DNA of 64,000 nucleotides from the human T2T-CHM13v2.0 reference genome, Homo sapiens: NCBI GenBank assembly GCA_009914755.4, contig CP086569.2, positions 2,912,001 to 2,976,000 of the forward strand, read 5' to 3'. Shown piece by piece: positions 56,101 to 64,000 of this stretch (position 1 is its first letter; each line of letters starts with the position of its first letter). The notes under the pieces were generated by a model. It saw only the letters and a program-made list of their open reading frames with translations, ran no database searches and was not told where the DNA came from. The position numbers and the translations under genes were made by a program.

Positions 56101-58956
56101 ATGGTCTTGGTAAATCAACAGATTTAAGAAAAATATTTGGGAGTTTTCCTACATCAGTGTAATGTATGATTCACTATAGCTTGATATAAGAAATAAATCA
56201 AATAAAACATAAATTTAGGAAAAAGTGGAGACTAGTTGTACCTACTTTCAGTTCACCAGTGGCTATACACTAGACAATATCAGTCTTTATTACACTATTG
56301 AATACTGAGTGTGTGTCAGATACAAGATCCTAGATCTGCTTATCAGAAGTATATAAAACTCCACTGAATACATTGTGGACATTCAATAAATATTACAAAA
56401 TAGCAGTGTGTCGAATTGTACAGAAGGCATATGTGCTGACTGAAAAGAGAGAGAATTGTTAGATTTGTTTACTGTAAATGCCAAGGGAGAGGTAAAATTT
56501 CGCTATGCTAGAACTTATTTATATGTATTACTTCATATAAAGAGAATTGTTCAAAGACATGATGGAGGGGAGTTAGGAACATAGACACAACTGAACTTAA
56601 CCTGTGTATTTCAGTGCCCATCAATACAAGGCTATGGCTTCTCTCTTGAGATAGATATCTGTTGTCTCTTGAGGAACCTTTTTATTGTTAAAAGAAGTTT
56701 CTCTTTGGCAATCCATCAAACATAGCAACTTTCAGGAATATCCTTCTGAAATGACTCTAATGATTGTGTTTACACAACCAGACTGTGTTAGTTGCACTTC
56801 CTCTTTTCCAAACATTTTCTTGAATTCAATGAGAAAATATATAGTTTGTATTTTTCAATGAGTTTTCATTATGGTCTGCAAAAACACTCTGGGCTGTTCT
56901 GAGATAGAAATGGATTTGGCAGCCTCAAATTGTTTGTGATATGGAGAGGCCCAGCAATGGTACTTGAACTAAAAACATGATGTGAGGAAGTTCTGTGAAA
57001 ATCATATATCTTGACTTTCAGTTAATGATGGTGGATTAAAACCATCATTTCAGCTCTGTTCCCTCACAAACACCATTAACATTATAGAAAAGGCATTTTA
57101 AAGACATAATCTCATAAAAACTAAATAATGAAAGAAAAGTAGCGGGAAAAAATTAGAGATAAAAATCAGACAGATGAGTGGTTGTTGAGCTACCACAAAG
57201 TCTAAGCAAGGTAATACTAAGATATGTGAATCACAAGCTGGCAATAGAGAAAGTTGAAGAAAGAAATTCAATTTAAATTATACAATGCCCGAAAGGATCC
57301 CTAATTGTTGGCACTGTGTACCTTTGGAAGAACTGGTTGAAAATATTATTAAGAAGCAATTAGATGACCTATCCAGATTCCCTCTAGTGGGTGATTGTCT
57401 TTTCATCATCCCTGCAGAAAACAGGTTTATTCTATGAGGAGGACAAAACAGAGTCTCTGTACTAGGTGAAATAAGATGCAATTTATGTCAGGGGTAGCTT
57501 ACTCAAAGAGGGCTTAACTGAAAGTTTAGGCACTGAATATAGAGATACCTTAGCTGATTTTCTTCTCTCCACATCCAGAACTTTAGTAGACAGAGTTATA
57601 TCCTCCAGAAAAAGGAATGGAAATAATTTCTCGCAAATTTAACCGATTGAAATGGGAAAAATACATATAAAAATAAATAAAAGATTGACAATGATATTAG
57701 AGACTCTTCAGTTAAACTGTCCAGCCATATTATCCATAGCAGAAATATAGTTAACAAACCCCACTCTCATGCTGTTTCAAACATCTTTTTATATTGTCTC
57801 TTTATAATTATGCACAGACCAACAGGAGCACAGGGTTTTGAGGAAATCATTTAACGTGAGAGTCAATGATCTAATCAAATAAACAACAAAAATCAATTTT
57901 GAAGGAAATGAGATGATTCAGGGGAAATTATATATGAAAATATATTTCTATTAATAGCCTTAGACAATAAGAGTAAATATCGTATCCAAAAAACAAAAAT
58001 AGGACACTTTGAAAGAAAGACCATCAACATTGATCTCTTGAAAATTAAAAATACGAAAACAAATTAAACCTTAGTAGAAACTTTGGCATATGGAGTTGAA
58101 TAAATCTCCAAGAAAGGAGAATCAAAAGTAAAAAGAAGTAATTAACAAGAGAAAATTTATAAGAAAAATATTGACCAGCACAAAAATTCCAACATCTAAA
58201 TAGTAGGATTTACAGAAAGAGATAACAGAGAAAACTACAATAACAAGAACAGTTTCTTCAAAGAAGAAACAGAATAAAATTTTCTAGAAGGGCAAGTCAT
58301 GAGTGTCCAGACTGAGAGTGTCCACTGAATGCAATTAATTAAAACGGACCTACATTAAGCAACATAACCACGAAATGTTCATATACAGGTTACACTGAAA
58401 ATATACAAGATTTCAGAAAAAAATAAAAGAACAAGACTTATAAGAAAAATCACAAATTAGAATGACAGTAACCTCTCAGCAGTTTCTCAGGAAGCTTAAA
58501 AGCAGTGAAAAATATACTACAATTATGAGAAAAAATATTACAAAACCTAAAATTATACAGCTAACTAAATTATCAATTAAAGTACTATAAAGACATATTA
58601 ACAACTCATTAAATATTGTGTCTCATGTGCTTCAACTTAAGAGAAATTTGGAGCATAAACTTTCCAAATCAGGAAAAAAGAAAAAGAGAGAGAGAAAGAG
58701 GTTCAATTAAGAGAAGACATGAGACCTTGAGCAAATACGTCAGGCCCGTACTTGTCCTGACCTCCACATGCCCAATGGCCATGTGACCCTAGTGGCTGGG
58801 GGAGGAGGTTGAGAACTATGGCAGGGAACCAAGCAGTGAGGGAGTGATGGTGGGTCTGGCTGGCGTGATGACTGACCGTTAAGCCTGCCTTGGCTGAGGG
58901 CCCCGGGCAGTGGGGCCGCAAGAGCAGGCAGAGCCTTCAGCCACAGAGCCAGGAAG

Positions 58957-60035
58957 ATGCTGCTGTCTCTAGTACTTCACATGTACTCGCCTGCTTCGGA
59001 CGTCATGCTCCTAGGCATGGTGCTCACCCATGTGCCGGCCTGGGGAGTCTGGCAGCTGCCCTCCGTCATCCCGTCCGCCAGCTTCTTCCAGGCGGTGGAC
59101 AGCTGGCTCTACTGCGTCTACCAGAGTGTGGCGCTCTTTGAGAACTACACCAGAGTACAGATATTGCTACATGGAAGTATGCCAAAAATTAAGAAAAATA
59201 TAATGTATTTAGCAAATCATCAAAGCACAGTTGACTGGATTGTTACTGATATATTGGCCATTGAGCCGAATGCTCTTGGACCTATGTGCTCTGTGCTGAA
59301 AGATTAAAATGACTTCCATCATACAGGTGTTACTTGTCTCAGCATGGAGGAATCTAAAAGAAAGTGCCAAATGTATTGAAAAAGAAATGAGAAACAAGTG
59401 GCAGAGCTACATGAATGCGGAAACTGCTATGCATTTTATGATTTTTTTCCAGAAGGTACAAGGTATAACACCAGACAAACAAGTCCTTTCAGCTCGTCAA
59501 TTTGCTGCTCAACAAGGCCTTGCAGTATTAGAGCATGCTGACACCACTAACAAAGACAGCTCATGTTGCTTTTAATTCTATGAAGAATTAGTTGATGCAA
59601 TTTGTAATGTTACAGTAGTTTATGAAGGAAAAGATGATAAGGAGAAACTCAAAAATCACTATCCATGACTGAATTTCTCTGCAAAGAATGCCCCAAAATT
59701 ATTACTCACATTGATGATACAGACAAAAAACGTGTCCCAGAAGGGCAAGAATATATGAGAGGATGGCTTCATGAACATTTTGAAATAAAAAAAATAAGGT
59801 TTCAAAGAACTATGACTCACCAGACCCAGAAAGAAGAAACAAATTTCTTAGAAAAACTGTTAATTTCGAATTAAGAATCAAGAAGACTTTAGCATCAGTA
59901 TTCATCTTAAATGGTTTGACTGATGGCATGCTTATGACCAGAGGCTAGAAGCAAGGTTCCATATGTCCACTGTATGTTTTACATACAGTTTCCTTCCAGG
60001 CTCTGGTCACAAGCATGCCATCAGTAAAACCATTT
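58957..60035 (+). pseudogene. AGPAT5: Processed (intronless, frameshifted) pseudogene of AGPAT5 (1-acylglycerol-3-phosphate O-acyltransferase 5 / LPAAT-epsilon). The CDS-homologous span is listed. A GC-rich 5' leader lies at about 58720-58956, and 3' UTR-like sequence may extend toward about 62260.
   Basis: MLLSLVLHMYS...AWGVWQL...LYCVYQSVALFENYTRVQILLHGSMPKIKKNIMYLANHQSTVDWIVTDILAI..NALG. This region, acyltransferase NHxxxxD motif included, matches my recollection of AGPAT5 (MLLSLVLHTYS...LYCVYQSMVLFFENYTGVQILLYGDLPKNKENIIYLANHQSTVDWIVADILAIRQNALG). Downstream, in shifted frames: ...KEMRNKWQSYMNAETAMHFMIFFQKVQGITPDKQVLSARQFAAQQGLAVLEH... then ...NVTVVYEGKDDKEKLKNH..MTEFLCKECPKIITHIDDTDKKRVPEGQEYMRGWLHEHFEIKK, ending ...ESPDPERRNKF...KKTLASVFILNGLTDGMLMT. 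It is continuous (no introns), with at least 2 frameshifts and several stops. Confidence 0.85.
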
Positions 60036-62261
60036 AAAAATTTGTGACTAAAGCCAATATGTGGTTGGTCTTGCACAATCATACATGGTTTTATACCTTT
60101 AGTCATGAGGCTGCTGGTGAGGTAAAAGCTAAACAGACAGTTCCCATGACACCTTCAGAAGATTAGGGATTTCATAATTTGTTATTGTTTTGTAATTCAA
60201 ATTACTACATTTGAACATTAATTTTCAGCATATTTTACTATTCTTGTTATTTTCCATTTATTACAACCTAACAGCTCCAAACTCTTATCACTAATTAGTA
60301 TCTTGCAGCTATGTAATATTTCACTTCTTTCTTAATTTCTGCAAGTGAATGAAATAAATGGTATTTAAATATGAAGATGTTAAAGGAAAAGGGGAAAATT
60401 TTCATGGGGAAGAAGCTCTATTTAGTGCAAGTTTTCATTACATTGCATTATTAGCTGATTTTGTTCACTTTCTATTTTGCAAAATAATGAACTTTTCTAA
60501 TATATATTGAAATTGCTTAATTTGCACACCCTGTACTCTACACAAAAGAATAATGTATAACATATGAGAATGTAGTTTAAGTTAAAATTGTAAATTTGAT
60601 TCACTGAAACAGAACTTTAAATTGCCCACCATTTTGAAGACTTAAGCTACACTTTAGTACTTCCCAACCTTTGTGCTGTGTTTGAAACATTAAGGTTCCC
60701 GATTATTTTTTACGTGAAAATAACCTGTGAGAACTTTTGTTAGACCTTGAGTTCACAGATATTTGATGTAATGGGAGCCTACAGACATTTCGACAAGATT
60801 TACTACCATGTGCCTATTTTTCTTTGCTTTAGCAAAAATACTTAATTCAAAAATCACTTTTATGTTACCCTGGTAGATTTCCACTGTGTTCTAGTCCTTT
60901 CCCCTTGGATTTCCTTCAGTGATGCTGCTCAGTGGCTTGAGTGTAGACTTGCAGTGAGGAAATGCAGTGCTAGCCAGTGTTGCCCTGTTTCAAAGTTGAA
61001 CTCTTTAAGCCCTTGTGAGTGAGCTTCACTGGCTACCGAAGAGGAATTTTGCATTTGTGTAGGGAAAATCACCTTCCTCAAGCCAATGGAATGCAGACTT
61101 AATTCATCAGAACTGAGTTAATTTGTTTATATTACATTAGTTTTAATGGAGTTATACAGTAATTTAAAGTGTCACCACAGAACAAGAGCTTCGTTCCAAG
61201 AATGAAATCACATAATTTCCAGTCATGTAATAATATATTCCATAGAATAATGCTTTTAAAAAAATGTGAAATGCTCTTTTTTATGTTATAATTTAAACTT
61301 GATTGGCTACTTATTCTTTATGTTAACATTTCTGCTTACTGCTAGTGAATTTTTGCTAGAAAATTATACCAATGATCCAAATGAAACACACCGATCGAAT
61401 CATGATAAACAAAATGAAAAAAAAAACCTAAGGAAAATCATATCTGGCTGCATTACACTGCTTATCCAAAACTAGAGAATAAGCCATTTCAAGCAACACC
61501 TTTGAAGAGTCACATAGTATGAGTTTGTATATGTTAGTATGTAGATGTATACACATGTTCACATACACTCAGGATGCAGCTGACCTGACTATGAATGGGG
61601 GCATAGATAAAACTTATGAAAATTGAGCTCATGCCAAATTGTAATTTTCAATTTCCTGTAAAGTAAAATTTATATCCCTCCCATGACCTTGTTAAATAAA
61701 TTTATGAACAGTACTGCACTAAATCTAGAACTTATTTCCACCTAGGTTAAAACAAATGTAAATTGTGTACCTTATTTTGAATATCATGAATGTGATATAA
61801 ATTTACACTTCAGGAAGCAATATCATTGGAATTATGTCGATTATAACTCATTTTAACAAGACAAAGAAACCTGCATACAATCACTTGAGTATTATTTTTT
61901 TAGGACTACACTTATATTCTTCTCACAAAAGGTCTATAAAATATGGTATTTAAAACTATTTGTAACAAAATGTTTTGAAAATTAGAAACTTCTCTTTAAC
62001 ACGTATGGATATTTACTTGAATTATCATTTCCTAAAATCAAGAGCTCTCTGCCTACCTGTAAATCTGTTCAACATCATTAAACTTCTGTTTGTATTATTA
62101 TTTTTGTTTACCTATAGCTTAGTTTTTTTTTTTTTACCTAGTTTATCTTTATAAGAATGACATCAGTGTGCATGCTTTTATATTATTCAGAACATGGTAT
62201 GTTTGCATGAATGTAAAAAAATGAAATAGTTTACTGTAAAAAAATAAATAAATAAAAAGAG

Positions 62262-63650
62262 GAGAGGAGACAGAGCAAGATGGCCAAATAAAAGCCTCTG
62301 CCAATTATCCTCTTCTCTGGAAGAGTAAATTTAACAGCTAATTACATACACACAAAAAGCACCTTCATAAGAACCAACAAATTGGGTGAGCAATCCATAC
62401 CTAGTTTTAACTTCATATCATTGAAAAAGGCATTGATGAGGGTAGGAAAGACCGTCTTAAATTTCTGACACCAACCCTGTTTCATCACCCTGTCAGTAGC
62501 TGGCAGTGTAGCATGGAGAAAGAATCTGTGCACTTGGGGGAGGGACAGCACAGCAATTGTGGGACTTTGCACTTCAACACAGTACTGTCAACACCAAGCA
62601 GAGCTCAGCTGGTGCTCATGGAAGGAGCATTTAGGCCAGCCCTAGCCAGAGGGGAATTGCTTATCCCGGTAGGTGGTCGGAGCTTGAGTTTCAACAAGCA
62701 TTGGCACCTTGGGTCAAACTTCAAAGGCAGTCTAGGCCATGAGGACTGCAACTCCTAGTCAAGCCCTAGTGCTATACTGGGCTTGGAGCCAGTGGACTTG
62801 GAGGGCACATGACCCAGTAAGATACAAATCCAGATGGCTAAGAAAGTGTTTGTGTCACCCCTCCCCCAACTCTGAGCAGCACACCTCCCAGCTCTTAAGG
62901 AGACCCCTTCCTTCCACTTGAGGAGAGGAGAGGGAAGAGTAGAAAGGACTTTATCTTGCAATGTGTATGTCAGCACAACCACAGTAGGATAGGGCACTGG
63001 GCAGCGTCATGAGGCCCCCATTTCAAGCTATAGCTCCAAGATGACATTTCTAGACCCACCCTGGGCCAGAAGGAAACCCACTTCCTTGAAGAGAAGGACC
63101 CAGTCCTGGCAGGATTCATCAGCAGCTCACTAAAGAGTCTTGGGCCCTGAGTAATCAGCAGTGATACTTAGCTAGTATGTCATGGGCGTTGGATGAGACT
63201 CTCAAATATGCTGGCTTCGGGTGTGACCCACAATATTCATAGCTGTAGTGTCTATAAGGAGAGACCCCTTCTGCTTGAGAAAAGCAGAGAGAAGATTAAT
63301 GAGTACTTTCTCTTCAGCTCAATTACAGGCCTCCACTCTTACATGGAATCTCTGGATCTACCCTGGGCCAGAGGGGAGAACACTGCCCTGAAGGGTGAGT
63401 TCCAGGCCTGGAATCATTCACCAGAATTGAATGAAGTGGCAATGGGTGTTAAGTGAACTGAACACACATTGAAAAGCCATTGAGTATTAAGTGAACATCA
63501 GCAGTACCTTGGCTGTACTCCCTGTAGGCCTGTGGTGGTGGTGGACCTGAGAAGAGACTCCTCTGCCTGGAGAAAGGGAAGGAAATAGTAGAAAGCACTT
63601 TGTCTGGTGGCTTCAGTTTCAGCTCATCTGCAATAGAATACAGTACCAGG
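62262..63650 (+). mobile_element. L1 5' end / 5' UTR fragment (older L1PA/L1PB-type), cut off at 63650 by a nested L1.
   Basis: Starts gaggagaggagacagagcaagatggccaaataaaagcctctgcc (cf. the L1 5' terminus GGGGAGGAGCCAAGATGGCCGAATAGGAACAGCTCC). The following 1.3 kb is GC-rich and non-coding, like an old-L1 5' UTR. Not confirmed by alignment. Confidence 0.5.
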
Positions 63651-64000
63651 TAAATTTTTTTATTATCATTGTTATACTTTAAATTCTAGGGTACATGTGC
63701 ACAAGGTGCAGGTTTGTTACATATGTATACATGTGCCATGTTGGTGTGCTGCACCCATTAACTCGTCATTTACATTAGGTATATCTCCTGATGCTATCCC
63801 TCCCTGCTCCCCCCCACTCAACAATAGGCCCCGGTGTGTGATGTTCCCCTTCCTGTGTCCATGTGTTCTCATTGTTCAATTCCCACCTATGAGTGAGAAC
63901 ATGCAGTGTTTGGTTTTTTGGCCTTGCGATAGTGTGCTGAGAATAATGGTTTCCAGCTTCATCCATGTCCCTACAAAGGACATGAACTCATCCTTTTTTA
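63651..64000 (-). mobile_element. L1PA-type 3' end (ORF2 C-terminus plus 3' UTR), continuing past the window end.
   Basis: The plus strand is the reverse complement of the L1 3' end (ctagggtacatgtgcacaaggtgcaggtttgttacatatgtatacatgtgccatgttggtgtgctgcacccattaactcgtcatttacattaggtatatctcc). Minus ORF MDEAGNHYSQHTIARPKNQTLHVLTHRWELNNEN is the ORF2 C-terminus. Confidence 0.9.

Noticed and set aside
58703..58921. 72-aa minus-strand ORF in a GC-rich region.
   Set aside because: It lies antisense to the AGPAT5 retrocopy leader. GC-rich DNA yields long chance ORFs.
58957..60035. Whether the AGPAT5-like sequence could be a functional gene or a genuine AGPAT5 exon.
   Set aside because: The homology is colinear across what are multiple exons in the parent gene with no introns. 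It needs at least two frame changes (ORFs at 58957, 59309 and 59665 are in different frames) and has premature stops. It is a processed pseudogene.

Overview
This window reads as primate (human-type) intergenic DNA. It is AT-rich, dense in Alu, L1, MaLR/THE1 and ERV sequence, and contains no intact cellular protein-coding gene. I found no prokaryote-style operon, CRISPR array or defence system. The largest structured element is a class I (gammaretrovirus-like) HERV provirus on the minus strand at 31-8722, with recognisable env SU, integrase, RNase H, RT, protease, gag NC/CA/MA and a 5' LTR. An Alu at the window edge truncates its env/3' end, and it carries an in-frame 3 x 108 bp triplication in gag CA. 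Other well-supported elements: (1) two full-length MaLR (THE1/MST-like) elements with LTR pairs plus three solo MaLR LTRs between 18.9 and 37.3 kb; (2) an L1 insertion with a 5' inversion (twin-priming architecture) flanked by 13-bp target-site duplications at 39.5-42.4 kb; (3) a near full-length older L1 on the minus strand (47.6-54.6 kb) with a nested Alu; (4) a diverged processed pseudogene of the acyltransferase AGPAT5 (CDS homology 58957-60035, + strand) whose upstream leader keeps noticeably more CpG than I would expect; (5) about 12 Alu copies, several with clean TSDs, including a 5'-truncated AluY; (6) the microsatellites (GATA)n, (TCTCT)n, (GT)n and (TTTTA)n; (7) a perfect 24-bp-stem hairpin at 31716-31781. 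Almost every ORF in the six-frame track is a decayed transposon or retroviral reading frame. All family assignments come from reading the sequence and remembered consensus motifs, so alignment (RepeatMasker/Dfam, BLAST) is needed to confirm subfamilies and exact boundaries.
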